A DNA stretch of 64,000 nucleotides from Thermoplasmata archaeon (GTDB lineage Archaea; Thermoplasmatota; Thermoplasmata; Thermoplasmatales; GCA-001856825), in the NCBI GenBank assembly GCA_049965815.1, contig JBMFVV010000003.1, positions 19,846 to 83,845 on the forward strand, given 5' to 3'. Numbering within the stretch: position 1 is the stretch's first letter; every line of letters starts with the position of its first letter. Of this stretch, positions 9,642-18,602 are shown piece by piece. The position numbers were made by a program, and so were the translations under genes. The notes under the pieces were generated by a model. That model searched no databases and was not told the DNA's origin. It worked only from the letters and a program-made list of their open reading frames with translations.

Positions 9642-10224
9642 AGTGCAATAGCTCAAGTATACCGGGAACCGTTATCTCATTATCGTGCAGAGAGAATTTC
9701 TTCAGGTTGCCCAGATCTGACCTGTAGTCACCCTCCGGGAATCCTCCTATGACGTAATTGAATTGATCGTTAACAACCAACCCTGATTTTCCATTTGGGT
9801 GTAGCACCACTGTATTCCCGGGAGTTCCAATCTCTTCTATATATTCCACAAGCTTCTTCCTTTTTGGATTCTTCTGCAATATCATCTCCATCCTTTCAGC
9901 AAATTCAGTATATCCTGCACCTATTCCTTCGATGTCAGATCTCTCTATGATCACATTGTGTTTCGTGTGAATTGCATAATTCATTTTTACCGTCTCATTC
10001 AGGACTGATTCATTATTAAGTGTGGCGAAAACGTAAGCTATGTGCGGGAAGCCTATCCTGTTGACACTCCCTGGAAAATGTTTAGCAATTGAGGTTCTCA
10101 TCCTACTGTTATCAAGGAGCACGTTTTCCTTTCCATACTCCTTAAGGATGGACCTTATCTCTCCTTCACTTTTTAGCTCATCCGGTACAAGCTCAAGTTC
10201 CGCGTCTGCTAGTATGATGAACAT
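9619..10224 (-). CDS. nep1: Nep1/Emg1-like SPOUT rRNA (pseudouridine-N1) methyltransferase
   Basis: 201 aa. 'MFIILADAELELVPDEL' and 'YVIGGFPEGDY' mirror the 'IILAKSALELIPEE' and 'FIIGGFPYGK' segments of archaeal Nep1 that I recall. The size fits. Confidence 0.65.
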   Translation of the reverse strand: MFIILADAELELVPDELKSEGEIRSILKEYGKENVLLDNSRMRTSIAKHFPGSVNRIGFPHIAYVFATLNNESVLNETVKMNYAIHTKHNVIIERSDIEGIGAGYTEFAERMEMILQKNPKRKKLVEYIEEIGTPGNTVVLHPNGKSGLVVNDQFNYVIGGFPEGDYRSDLGNLKKFSLHDNEITVPGILELLHFKLFDSL

Positions 10225-10512
10225 CTAACCAAAAATTGAGCCAAAGCTCTCGTTTACGTCCTGTCTCTCCTTCTCGATGAGTTCTTGCACCCTCTTAGAC
10301 GTAGTTGCGTCAATTTTTTCAGATATTTTTGATAATTCCTCTCTTGCAACCCTTAATCTATCATCCGTACCCTCCAGAATCAGGTACTGGAATCCCTCTT
10401 CCCCAGTTATAGAAGAATCCTTTATCGTTATGGAGAGCCTGAACACCTGGTCCATCGCCAGTATCTTCTCCATCTCGGCCTTCTTGGCGACAGGTATTTT
10501 GTAAATGTCCAT
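10225..10512 (-). CDS. Small conserved-looking hypothetical protein (95 aa, acidic C-terminal helix)
   Basis: A clean ORF whose stop abuts the start of nep1 (10224/10225), which suggests co-transcription. I recognise no family motif. Confidence 0.45.
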   Translation of the reverse strand: MDIYKIPVAKKAEMEKILAMDQVFRLSITIKDSSITGEEGFQYLILEGTDDRLRVAREELSKISEKIDATTSKRVQELIEKERQDVNESFGSIFG

Positions 10513-10535
10513 AGTACCTCAAGAATAATACCTAA

Positions 10536-12020
10536 TTATTCTTTTTCAAGTTCCTTTACCCACCTTCTCCTGGAATAAATTATGAGGGAGCCTGCAACCA
10601 CCACGATTGAAGTAGCCGATACAACCAGTACAATAAGGGAGAAATGGTTGGGCTGGACTATAACAGGAGCTACAGAAAGAGAGAGCGAGCCCTGACCGCT
10701 TCCGTTTGTCGAGAAGGAAATTATCGTTTGGTTCGAAGTTCTAGAAACTGAATAATGGGAATTGTTCTGCCCTGGACCCTGGAAAGAGAACGCTGATACA
10801 CTGAAGTTTCCCTGCATTACTATAACAAAATCCTGTGTTCCATTCTGAATGAAATCAAAAGTAAGGGTGTTCTGGTTGAATGACAGGTTCTGTGCGGTGA
10901 CGTTGGGTGAAAAGGGAACGAAGTACGTACCATTGTCTACATATATCGCAGTCGTTGCGTTTCCCAGGTCATCATTGCTGTGATTTTCCCCCGCAGCAGA
11001 CTTGAAGGAAGGGAGGAATCTGACTACTACAAAGCTCATTGGGGAATTGACGGACAAAGTCGTATTGTTGAGCGTTGTCTTGCCGTAGACGTCAACATAC
11101 CCCACTGTCCTATGCCCACTAACTATCTTGAAAATTTGTTGTTCGGGCATCTGAATTGAACCAATACCAGAATGATCCTCGCTACGCACGTTATTGCCAT
11201 TCCCGTCACCACCGTGGAATGGCCTTTCCCCAGAAGACCAGAACCGGAAACCGTTTGCAAGAGTTATGTTGATTGCCGTGTCGAATCCATTCAGGTATAC
11301 CATAGGAAACAATCCATCAGATGCAAACACACCGTTCTCATCTGCAGTGGATACCCCAGCGGTATTCATCGAGAGGGATAGACCCTTAGAGCTAGAGATG
11401 CTTGATATGATTTGAACAGATGATTCTTCGTTAATTAGTGAAAAGTTGACTATGCTTCCAGATGAGTAGGAAAAGCTGGAGTAATTTCCTTTATAAGAAT
11501 GACCGATTGCCTGATAGCTGTTCTGTGTGAAATTATAGTCGGATATCGGAGAATTTACAAGCTCAACAGAATTCTCTGTGAGGGAATTAACAGCGTTTAT
11601 GAATATTTGACCACCAGATTCTGAAATCTGACCGGTAGTGAGTATCACACCTATATAATCTGACTTGTAGAGATATAGGTATTGCACAGGAATTGAGGAA
11701 TAATTGAATGATCCAACGCTAGAAAATGAAATGGCAGGAACGATTGAGACATTACCAAATCCATGCCAAGAGATCGGTACCATCCTATTTTCGTTGACAT
11801 TTGGTATGTTCAGGAATTGCGTTGACCCTGATATGTTGAAATATCTGAACACTACAATTGCCTGATTGTTTATCCTGACCGTGAAATTTGAAATACCGTT
11901 ATGACTGAGGTCGAAGTTATCGTATCCTGTTGCCTGATTCCCTGGTGCGGCGCTTGCAAAAGCCATGCTAGAAGCCAACATAAGGGCAGCGAGCAGAATA
12001 GCAATGGCCAGGTATTTCAT
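10536..12020 (-). CDS. Secreted, C-terminally membrane-anchored surface glycoprotein (N-glycosylation sequon-rich)
   Basis: Signal peptide 'MKYLAIAILLAALMLASSMAFASA'. More than 20 N-x-S/T sequons, Ser/Asn-rich and beta-like. C-terminal TM 'LIVLVVSATSIVVVAGSLIIY' followed by a basic tail 'SRRRWVKE'. The start is set at the Met that precedes the signal peptide. Confidence 0.75.
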   Translation of the reverse strand: MKYLAIAILLAALMLASSMAFASAAPGNQATGYDNFDLSHNGISNFTVRINNQAIVVFRYFNISGSTQFLNIPNVNENRMVPISWHGFGNVSIVPAISFSSVGSFNYSSIPVQYLYLYKSDYIGVILTTGQISESGGQIFINAVNSLTENSVELVNSPISDYNFTQNSYQAIGHSYKGNYSSFSYSSGSIVNFSLINEESSVQIISSISSSKGLSLSMNTAGVSTADENGVFASDGLFPMVYLNGFDTAINITLANGFRFWSSGERPFHGGDGNGNNVRSEDHSGIGSIQMPEQQIFKIVSGHRTVGYVDVYGKTTLNNTTLSVNSPMSFVVVRFLPSFKSAAGENHSNDDLGNATTAIYVDNGTYFVPFSPNVTAQNLSFNQNTLTFDFIQNGTQDFVIVMQGNFSVSAFSFQGPGQNNSHYSVSRTSNQTIISFSTNGSGQGSLSLSVAPVIVQPNHFSLIVLVVSATSIVVVAGSLIIYSRRRWVKELEKE

Positions 12021-12123
12021 GTAATTTGGAATATACATCCATATTAAAGGTGTTTGATACAAAATTCGAATTCGTTTAAGAAGAGTTATTATTCATTGCA
12101 CCGATAAAGGTGAAGGTGATATT

Positions 12124-12987
12124 GTGCCTGGAAGTATAAAAGTTAATCAGCCTCCTCCGAAAGCTCCAGTAGACTTTAAGTTAAGCCCTGAAGACGAGAG
12201 TATCAAGAACATCAGCAATGTTGTCGTCGTAATGAGCGGGAAGGGAGGAGTTGGCAAGTCCACCGTTTCTGCAAACCTGGCAGTTGAACTTTCTGAGAGA
12301 GGGTTCCAGGTAGGTCTTGTTGATGCGGATATGCATGGCCCTGACATACCTCAAATGCTTGGATTGATTGATGATAGGCCCGTGATGAATGAAGATAAGA
12401 AGATAGTCCCTGTAAGATATAGCAATAACCTCAAAGTGATTTCAATAGAATATTTCCTTCCATCAAGGGACACCCCCGTCATCTGGAGGGGTTCGCTCAA
12501 GCATAAAATGATCGAACAGTTCATAAAAGAGATAGCCTGGGGAACACTGGATTTCCTGATATTCGACCTTCCCCCTGGAACAGGGGACGAGCCGCTTTCC
12601 ATCGTTCAAATAATTCCGAAGATAACTGGAGTCGTTATAGTTGGTACGCCTCAGGAAGTCGCAATGCTGGATGTGAAGAAAGCGATAAACTTTGCAAAAC
12701 AACTTAATACGCCTATTATTGGACTGATAGAAAACATGAGTGGCTTCGTCTGCCCATACTGTGGGAAGACTACATACATATTCAAGAGCGGAACGGGGGA
12801 GAAGATATCGAAGGAATTCGGAATAAATTTCCTGGGATCAATACCCATGGAATCAACTGTAGTTGAGGATGGGGACGACGGGACTCCAATGGTGATTTCC
12901 CATCCGGAGAGCAACAGCTCAAAGAGTTTCAGAAATATAGTTGATGCCATACTGGCATACCCAGGAGTCATTAAAAGGCAGAGTTAG
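12124..12987 (+). CDS. Mrp/NBP35/ApbC-family Fe-S cluster carrier ATPase
   Basis: Deviant Walker A 'VVMSGKGGVGKSTVSANLA', 'DADMHGPDIP', 'DLPPGTGDE' and the C-x-x-C 'FVCPYCGK' cluster-binding motif. Confidence 0.9.
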   Translation: MPGSIKVNQPPPKAPVDFKLSPEDESIKNISNVVVVMSGKGGVGKSTVSANLAVELSERGFQVGLVDADMHGPDIPQMLGLIDDRPVMNEDKKIVPVRYSNNLKVISIEYFLPSRDTPVIWRGSLKHKMIEQFIKEIAWGTLDFLIFDLPPGTGDEPLSIVQIIPKITGVVIVGTPQEVAMLDVKKAINFAKQLNTPIIGLIENMSGFVCPYCGKTTYIFKSGTGEKISKEFGINFLGSIPMESTVVEDGDDGTPMVISHPESNSSKSFRNIVDAILAYPGVIKRQS

Positions 12988-13019
12988 TACTACGTGGAGA
13001 AGGAATACAAAAGCTGAGT

Positions 13020-13937
13020 ATGCGAATAAGAACTGAAGAACTTTCAAAAACATACGATAGAAAGCATAGAGCACTGGAGAATCTGTCAATAGACATAAAC
13101 ATGAATGGCATATTCTCGGTGATAGGCAGGAATGGCGCCGGGAAGACAACGTTTGTAAGAATAATGTCAACAGAACTATTACCGACTTCAGGTAAAGGTT
13201 ACATCAACGAAATGGATGTTGTAGAACAGGAGGATGCTGTCAGGCAGGAAATTGCAGTTGTCCCCCAGGAAGCCAGACCTCTACCCTGGTTAACTCCTCT
13301 CCAGACTGTGAGCTCTTACCTTATGTGGAGAGGATACTCTTACAGGGAGGCAAAGGAGAAGGGAAAGGAAGCCCTGAGAGAGCTTGGCTTAGAGGATAAA
13401 GAACACGAAAAGAGCAGGAAACTTTCCGGGGGCCAGAAACGTAAATTGATGGCCGCTACCGTAATATCGAGCGAAGCACACATAGTCTTCCTGGATGAGC
13501 CTACGACAGGATTAGATTACCTTTCAAGAAAGGAGTTATGGCAGCTTCTTTCAAAGATGAAGAAAGACCGTCTCATGATTCTTACAACGCACTACCTTGA
13601 GGAGGCAGAAATACTCGGAGACCAGATAATGATACTTGATCACGGAAAACTGGTGGACTTAGGGACTATAGACAGCCTGAGAAACAAAGTCAAGCTACCA
13701 TATGTGCTAAAAGTCCATGCGGAGAATTTCAAAATCGAGGACGATGAAGTTCAGGTTCATCCAGTATCAGAGAAGGAAACATTCGTCTATGGGTCTGCTT
13801 CCAAGATATACGGATTGATACCTTATTTAGTCACCAACAAGATGAAATTTACAGTTGAGGAGGCCTCTCTTACCAACATATTTGAGCAGTATCTTGGAAA
13901 CGAGGAGGATGAGGAAAACGAAAAGGAAGATTGGTAG
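13020..13937 (+). CDS. ABC transporter ATP-binding protein (ABC-2 exporter type)
   Basis: Walker A 'GRNGAGKTT', signature 'LSGGQKRKL' and Walker B 'VFLDEPTTGLD'. Confidence 0.92.
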   Translation: MRIRTEELSKTYDRKHRALENLSIDINMNGIFSVIGRNGAGKTTFVRIMSTELLPTSGKGYINEMDVVEQEDAVRQEIAVVPQEARPLPWLTPLQTVSSYLMWRGYSYREAKEKGKEALRELGLEDKEHEKSRKLSGGQKRKLMAATVISSEAHIVFLDEPTTGLDYLSRKELWQLLSKMKKDRLMILTTHYLEEAEILGDQIMILDHGKLVDLGTIDSLRNKVKLPYVLKVHAENFKIEDDEVQVHPVSEKETFVYGSASKIYGLIPYLVTNKMKFTVEEASLTNIFEQYLGNEEDEENEKEDW

Positions 13938-13944
13938 CCAGATA

Positions 13945-14661
13945 ATGGCTTCAATCCTTGTCAATTCCATATATGCAATGATAAATTACCCTGTGGTGCT
14001 CATCAATACCCTCCTTGCACCGCTTGCCATTCTTGCTGTCGTGACATTTGCCAGCAAGGGTACGTTACTCCCTGTGGCTGCCGTAGGTGCGCTCATTATG
14101 AACATGGTGTCCAGCGGGACATCGCTGCAGCAAGATCTTTCTCATCTGAAGAACGACATGAGGCTGCAAGACATGATTGTCAGCTCTCCGACAACTTCCT
14201 TCATATATATCATAGGCATGGCAATTTCCGAGATTGTCTATTCAATACCCACTCTGGCATTCCTTATAATATTGAATATTATTTTCGTTAAGATCACCTT
14301 TCTGGGAGCGTTCATCCTTTTCCTCGACATGGCAACTATTTTCACATTCTCCATATCGCTTGGGTTCTTCCTCTCTACTTTTACATCAGACATAATTCAG
14401 TCGTGGGGATTCTCTGGTATTCTCTCTCCGTTGCTGACAACTATCCCTCCAGTATATTACCCGATTAGTTACATTCCATATCCTTACAGATATCTTGCCT
14501 ATCTGTCACCAACCACCTATGCCTCAGAGATAGCACAGAGCCAGACAGGTTACTACGTACTGAGCACATCAGGATTTGCATTAGCCTGGATAGTACTCAT
14601 AGCAATCACAGCAGTCCTCACGTATCTGGCTCTAAAGAGGTCAAGATGGCGAGAGATATAG
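13945..14661 (+). CDS. ABC-2 type transporter permease
   Basis: About six hydrophobic helices, immediately downstream of the ATPase gene. I used ATG 13945, 8 nt after the ATPase stop. The ORF-track start at 13855 would overlap the ATPase C-terminus by 83 nt. Confidence 0.8.
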   Translation: MASILVNSIYAMINYPVVLINTLLAPLAILAVVTFASKGTLLPVAAVGALIMNMVSSGTSLQQDLSHLKNDMRLQDMIVSSPTTSFIYIIGMAISEIVYSIPTLAFLIILNIIFVKITFLGAFILFLDMATIFTFSISLGFFLSTFTSDIIQSWGFSGILSPLLTTIPPVYYPISYIPYPYRYLAYLSPTTYASEIAQSQTGYYVLSTSGFALAWIVLIAITAVLTYLALKRSRWREI

Positions 14662-14719
14662 ATTACACACATGACAGATTCAAGCTTATATACACCAGAT
14701 AATTGAGTTATCAATACAG

Positions 14720-15097
14720 ATGAAAGAAGAGAAAAGAGGCAGGACGTTCAAGGGGATTATTTCCCTGGTGATATTGCGTAATCTATGGAACGAGCCCAAC
14801 TACGGTTACGTTCTCGAGAAGGAAGTCAACAGATGCCTCGGCCAAAAGCTCTCCAACGGTGAAATATATTCCATTTTGAGGAACCTGGAAATCAGAGGAC
14901 TTATCTACAAGAGAGCCAATCAGGAAAAGGATAGCAAACGAAAGTACTACGAGATTAGCAACGATGGAAGAAGATACCTGATAAACCAGTCCAGGACGCT
15001 GGAGTTTGCAATGGATTCAATAGGAGAAATAATAAGGTTTGTACACTCTGTCTCTGACAAGGAAAAGGAAACACCTATCACAAATCAACCACTCTAA
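14720..15097 (+). CDS. PadR family transcriptional regulator
   Basis: 'NYGYVLEKEV...GEIYSILRNLEIRGLIYKR...KRKYYEISNDGRRYL' is the PadR winged-helix signature. Confidence 0.85.
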   Translation: MKEEKRGRTFKGIISLVILRNLWNEPNYGYVLEKEVNRCLGQKLSNGEIYSILRNLEIRGLIYKRANQEKDSKRKYYEISNDGRRYLINQSRTLEFAMDSIGEIIRFVHSVSDKEKETPITNQPL

Positions 15098-15161
15098 CCT
15101 AACGCTATAGTGCGTCCACAAAAGTCGAAACACTTTTTATAAAAGCAGTCAATCATTGTAG

Positions 15162-16076
15162 GTGAACCAGACAATTCTGTTCTTCGGAGATGAAGGAATA
15201 CTAAAGGACCTGGCAAAAAAGGGATCTGAGACAGATATCAGGTATTACAACACAAAGATTTCAGGGGATGAAATTTCATTTCTCTACCCGTTCAAATTTC
15301 CCGAAAGAATCCAAACTTTACTCAATGCTGCGTCTGTCGCAAACAAGGCAATATTAACCGTTGGAGAACTGGATAAGAGTATCGGAGAGTTCCTCCTGAC
15401 ACTGGATTACCACAGGATAACCACGCTAGGCATTATCGCAGACCCTACTGTAGTTGCACAGATCCAGAAAATCACAAGTGGTATGGGAATATCTGTCCAT
15501 CCGCTCACTCCAAAGTTTGAAGACTTGGAAAAGTTTGCACAACTCCCAGTTGGCCCTTCCAAGGAGGAAAATATGGTTGTGCTGGACCAGAGCTTCCAGG
15601 TAAAGGGAGTCGGAACTGTAAGCCTAGGTTTTGTCCTTGGAGGACAGATAAGGAAGCATATGGTGATGAAGGCATACCCATCAGGAAAGAGCGTTGATAT
15701 AAAGAGCATCCAGATAATGGACGTGGATATGGAGACTGCAAACCCATTTTCAAGGGTAGGATTGGCATACAGAAACTCAGAAGTTGATGATGTCCCAAAA
15801 GGGACAATTCTCTATTCACGAGAAGGGATTGAATTCACTGAGAGCGTCCAGCTTAATGTAAGAACCAACCCAACTGTAAAGGTCGTACCATCTGTTGGGG
15901 AAAAGATACAACTCAATTTCCTGTTCAATAACATTAATGCAGAGATATCAGACATTTCAGAAGGAAAATATTTGATAGACGTCGACAAGAAAGTACCCAT
16001 TATTGATGAAATATTCTCTATAACATCCCTAAATTCAAGCCCGAGAGTGATAGGAGCTGGGAAACCTGGAAATTGA
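15162..16076 (+). CDS. EF-Tu/EF-1alpha-like protein with degenerate G domain (EF-Tu domain 2 beta-barrel present)
   Basis: 'VVLDQSFQVKGVGTVSLGFVLGGQIRKHMVMKAYPSGKSVDIKSIQIMDVDMETANPFSRVGLAYRN' is a typical translation-GTPase domain II. The N-terminal ~130 aa lack a GxxxxGK(S/T) P-loop ('FFGDEGILKDLAKKGSETD'). Confidence 0.6.
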   Translation: MNQTILFFGDEGILKDLAKKGSETDIRYYNTKISGDEISFLYPFKFPERIQTLLNAASVANKAILTVGELDKSIGEFLLTLDYHRITTLGIIADPTVVAQIQKITSGMGISVHPLTPKFEDLEKFAQLPVGPSKEENMVVLDQSFQVKGVGTVSLGFVLGGQIRKHMVMKAYPSGKSVDIKSIQIMDVDMETANPFSRVGLAYRNSEVDDVPKGTILYSREGIEFTESVQLNVRTNPTVKVVPSVGEKIQLNFLFNNINAEISDISEGKYLIDVDKKVPIIDEIFSITSLNSSPRVIGAGKPGN

Positions 16077-16278
16077 GGCAAAATTAAAGATAACGGGCGG
16101 AGAATCTGACAACATAATTAGGGCCATAAAGGCAGACCACGGCAAGTACATAAGATGCAGAAAAATTAAGGATGGATACCTCTGTTCTGTCAAAGGCCAA
16201 GCGAACGATGTCAGAAAGACCATAAATGAATTCCTCGAGTCGATCATTTATTTAGAGAGAGTGTCTGAAAGCCTTTAA
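16072..16278 (+). CDS. pcc1: Pcc1-like KEOPS subunit (small ORF without canonical start codon)
   Basis: An open frame runs from 16054 to TAA 16276-16278 and is absent from the ORF track. The translation is 'IEAKLKITGGESDNIIRAIKADHGKYIRCRKIKDGYLCSVKGQANDVRKTINEFLESIIYLERVSESL'. It parallels archaeal Pcc1 as I recall it ('AKIEMEF..ED.A..VY.A......GKKIILDIKATD.SALRGTVNSYLRWIKAALDV'). There is no in-frame ATG/GTG/TTG before codon 60, so the start codon is unresolved; candidates are ATT 16072 and CTG 16057/16066. Confidence 0.5.
   Translation: MEAKLKITGGESDNIIRAIKADHGKYIRCRKIKDGYLCSVKGQANDVRKTINEFLESIIYLERVSESL
16246..16254 (+). promoter_or_regulatory. TATA-like box for tRNA-Arg(GCG), embedded in the 3' end of the Pcc1-like ORF
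   Basis: 'atttattta' is centred about 29 nt upstream of the tRNA 5' end at 16279. The tRNA starts directly after the ORF stop codon. Confidence 0.35.
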
Positions 16279-16353
16279 GCCCGAGTGGGGTAGTTTGGAT
16301 TATCCTAGAGGCCTGCGGAGCCTCAGACCTGGGTTCGAATCCCAGCTCGGGCG
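16279..16353 (+). tRNA. tRNA-Arg (anticodon GCG)
   Basis: Hand-folded cloverleaf. Acceptor GCCCGAG/CTCGGGC; D arm with G18G19 and A21; anticodon stem GAGGC/GCCTC with loop CTGCGGA (GCG); T arm CTGGG-TTCGAAT-CCCAG; discriminator G. No intron and no encoded CCA. Confidence 0.92.
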
Positions 16354-16382
16354 CTTATATTTATATACACAGATATACTATT

Positions 16383-17351
16383 TTACTTATATCCATTCGC
16401 TGATATAATTATAGCATCTCCCCTGAAAGTGTTTTCAAACTCCGCTTCAACAATTGTATGTCCTAAATCTGTTCCAGTTCTCCTTACGAGCATAGGTTCA
16501 ATTTCCTTAAGACCATCACCTAACTTTTTCTTTATCACGATGTCTTTCCCTTTAACCACTTCACAGTTTACCTTCAAATAATTAAGATCAGAAGGAATGA
16601 AAATATTGATTGGTTTGTCCTCGTAGCTTAAACTATAATTAAGAAAGATATTGGCTTCTTCTGATTTGCGTAAAGCCCTACTTAGTGTTATTGAGATACC
16701 CGTCTGGTCTATATATGAATAAGTTATACAATCTTTATTCACAGTGATTTTCTTCGTTTCATCAAACGCAATCAGATCTATTTGATCTGGGGAATCGATA
16801 ACTCCAATAGGTAAGGAAACTGGAAAACTATTTATCAACTTAAGCCCAAGATTCTTGATATGAACGAATTGGGTCACTAATACACGATTTCCTGTAAAAT
16901 CAAACCCAATTGACATATTAGTTGTTGTTTCGCCTTCTAAATATTTGGTCTTAGTCTTCTTACTATATAATACACTATTTCCATCTTCTCTCTTACTTAT
17001 AAGATCAAGTCTTAGCATTTTGTTAATATTCCTATAAACTGTAGCTGTACTTACTGGCCGTCCATAAGACTTATCAAGCGATGATTTAATTTCTGTAAAA
17101 GTTAACTCCCTCCCGTCAGCCTTGACATCTAATACATTTTCAAGTGAATCGAAGATAGAAACCTTAGGTTCAATAACTCCTGCATCTTGCGTTGCAAGAC
17201 CTTCCTTTAGTCTGAAGTAATGTGTTACCCCATTGGAGTGAACAAACTTATAATATCTATAGGTCCTTCCTTTTGCTTTAGAAGTATAGTTGATTTTTCT
17301 TGCTTGCTTCCCACAAACTTTGCAAATTTCCTTGGTTACTTTCCTTCCCAT
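16383..17351 (-). CDS. Uncharacterised Zn-ribbon (CxxC...H..H) + winged-helix protein, paralog A
   Basis: 322 aa. N-terminus 'CKVCGKQARKINYTSKAKGRTYRYYKFVHSNGVTHY'; wH-like 'TATVYRNINKMLRLDLISKREDGNSVLYSK'; about 170 aa of unassigned beta-rich C-terminal region. It is a paralog of 17411..18370 and of the decayed copy at 29965..30569. Confidence 0.7.
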   Translation of the reverse strand: MGRKVTKEICKVCGKQARKINYTSKAKGRTYRYYKFVHSNGVTHYFRLKEGLATQDAGVIEPKVSIFDSLENVLDVKADGRELTFTEIKSSLDKSYGRPVSTATVYRNINKMLRLDLISKREDGNSVLYSKKTKTKYLEGETTTNMSIGFDFTGNRVLVTQFVHIKNLGLKLINSFPVSLPIGVIDSPDQIDLIAFDETKKITVNKDCITYSYIDQTGISITLSRALRKSEEANIFLNYSLSYEDKPINIFIPSDLNYLKVNCEVVKGKDIVIKKKLGDGLKEIEPMLVRRTGTDLGHTIVEAEFENTFRGDAIIISANGYK

Positions 17352-17410
17352 TAAAATCGCAATTAAATCTCTTGATATTCAAGTTTCCGCATTTATTGTT
17401 TAAAGTGTTC

Positions 17411-18370
17411 TTAGTTCTGTTTCCATTTCAATTGAAGGACTGAAAATGGTTCCACGTCTTTTAAACTTAGCCTACTAACTGACTTCCATTTTTCCGAGAA
17501 ATTTTCTCTAACCATTTGAGATAGATCTAGTGTTTCATTTCTAGAAGCGCTAGTTAGAGAGGCACTAAGTTTTGTCGGACTATTACCGGCAATTGAAAAT
17601 TCAAAATTGTCCATTCTAGTTGCCGACGAATATACAAATAACTGTTTTGGTTCTGGCCAATGATATTCTATACTGATATCCCTGGCTTCATTCGGTAGCA
17701 ACGGAGATGGTAACCTTAACAATACCCTTTTGTCATTTGCTGAATCCTCTATCGTCATCAATCTTATGTCCTTGGAATTAGAAGGATCTTTGGCCCTCAT
17801 TGATAAATCTTCAAAAGTTGCATCTACATCACCTACTGCTCTAAATGGAACATAAAACAATGGCCAAGAGTGGTCATTTCTTATTCTATAATAGAATAGA
17901 TGCCTGCTAAACATATTGTCATCATTTTCATCCTCAAGGGCGACCGTTATGCTCTCTATTATGTAGCTTAGTCTCTCCTTGGATACGGTGTTAACATAGA
18001 ATAGATCTCTCCCTTTCTTTTGTCTTTCTATGATTCCAACCTGTGCAAGTCTATTTAGGCTAACCTTTATTGAACTGAATCCAACTTTGGGATTGTCTTT
18101 AATGATTATATTCCTAATATCACTTATTCTGAAGGACCCTAATTTAAAATCCTGGGAGTTTATAGTTTCTATTAGTATCTTTTCCAGTTGCCCTTTTCGG
18201 AATTCTTTGGAATTTCTATCATTTTGGTTCGAATAATGAATATACCCTTGATGATGATAAAGAAAATAGTTATAGCGTTTTCCATATCTATTTAAAACCC
18301 ATTTGCTAGAAACTCTAGCTTTCTCTCCGCAGACAGGACAAACGCCCTCCCTTTGAGCAATAACCATCAC
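17411..18370 (-). CDS. Uncharacterised Zn-ribbon (CxxC...H..H) + winged-helix protein, paralog B
   Basis: 319 aa. 'CPVCGEKARVSSKWVLNRYGKRYNYFLYHHQGYIHY'; wH-like 'SIKVSLNRLAQVGIIERQKKGRDLFYVN'; same architecture as paralog A. The two genes are tandem and co-directional with a 59-bp spacer. Confidence 0.7.
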   Translation of the reverse strand: MMVIAQREGVCPVCGEKARVSSKWVLNRYGKRYNYFLYHHQGYIHYSNQNDRNSKEFRKGQLEKILIETINSQDFKLGSFRISDIRNIIIKDNPKVGFSSIKVSLNRLAQVGIIERQKKGRDLFYVNTVSKERLSYIIESITVALEDENDDNMFSRHLFYYRIRNDHSWPLFYVPFRAVGDVDATFEDLSMRAKDPSNSKDIRLMTIEDSANDKRVLLRLPSPLLPNEARDISIEYHWPEPKQLFVYSSATRMDNFEFSIAGNSPTKLSASLTSASRNETLDLSQMVRENFSEKWKSVSRLSLKDVEPFSVLQLKWKQN

Positions 18371-18428
18371 CCAACAATAATATATAGTATAAAAAAGTTA
18401 GAAAATATTCTCAGCGATCGAGAATTCT

Positions 18429-18602
18429 TCATCCATTGCCCATAAAGGCTCCACCCAGTGACTTCACGATTGCGAAGAACGTGAAAGCACTTAGCGAAAG
18501 CACCATTGCGATTATTTCAAACATTCTAATCCCCCGAACTTCTATAATTAACTGGTATTTCGATACTACTGTAAAGTTAGAAAGTTTTTCTAACTTTATC
18601 AT
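18429..18602 (-). CDS. Small membrane protein (57 aa, single C-terminal TM helix)
   Basis: ATG at 18602 lies 12 nt downstream of a strong 'GGAGGT' (reverse complement of 18615-18620). The C-terminus 'MFEIIAMVLSLSAFTFFAIVKSLGGAFMG' is a TM helix. It sits directly upstream of paralog B on the same strand. The ORF-track version (88 aa from 18695) has an implausible N-terminal extension. Confidence 0.4.
   Translation of the reverse strand: MIKLEKLSNFTVVSKYQLIIEVRGIRMFEIIAMVLSLSAFTFFAIVKSLGGAFMGNG

Noticed and set aside
13855-13944. N-terminal 30-codon extension of the ABC-2 permease ORF
   Set aside because: It would overlap the ATPase gene by 83 nt and encodes a hydrophilic, Arg-rich peptide. 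ATG 13945, just after the ATPase stop, gives a normal permease N-terminus.
16071-16077. Programmed +1 frameshift at AAT-TGA fusing the EF-Tu-like protein to the Pcc1-like ORF
   Set aside because: The geometry (a stop codon in the A site, with the Pcc1 frame at +1) superficially resembles prfB-type shifting. However, AAU-to-AUU re-pairing is poor, there is no stimulatory element, and a fusion has no precedent I know of. I report it only as an unresolved start codon.
16035-16247. 70-aa minus-strand ORF
   Set aside because: It is antisense to the Pcc1-like frame and to the 3' end of the EF-Tu-like gene. It has no recognisable motif, and the sense frame gives a family-like sequence.
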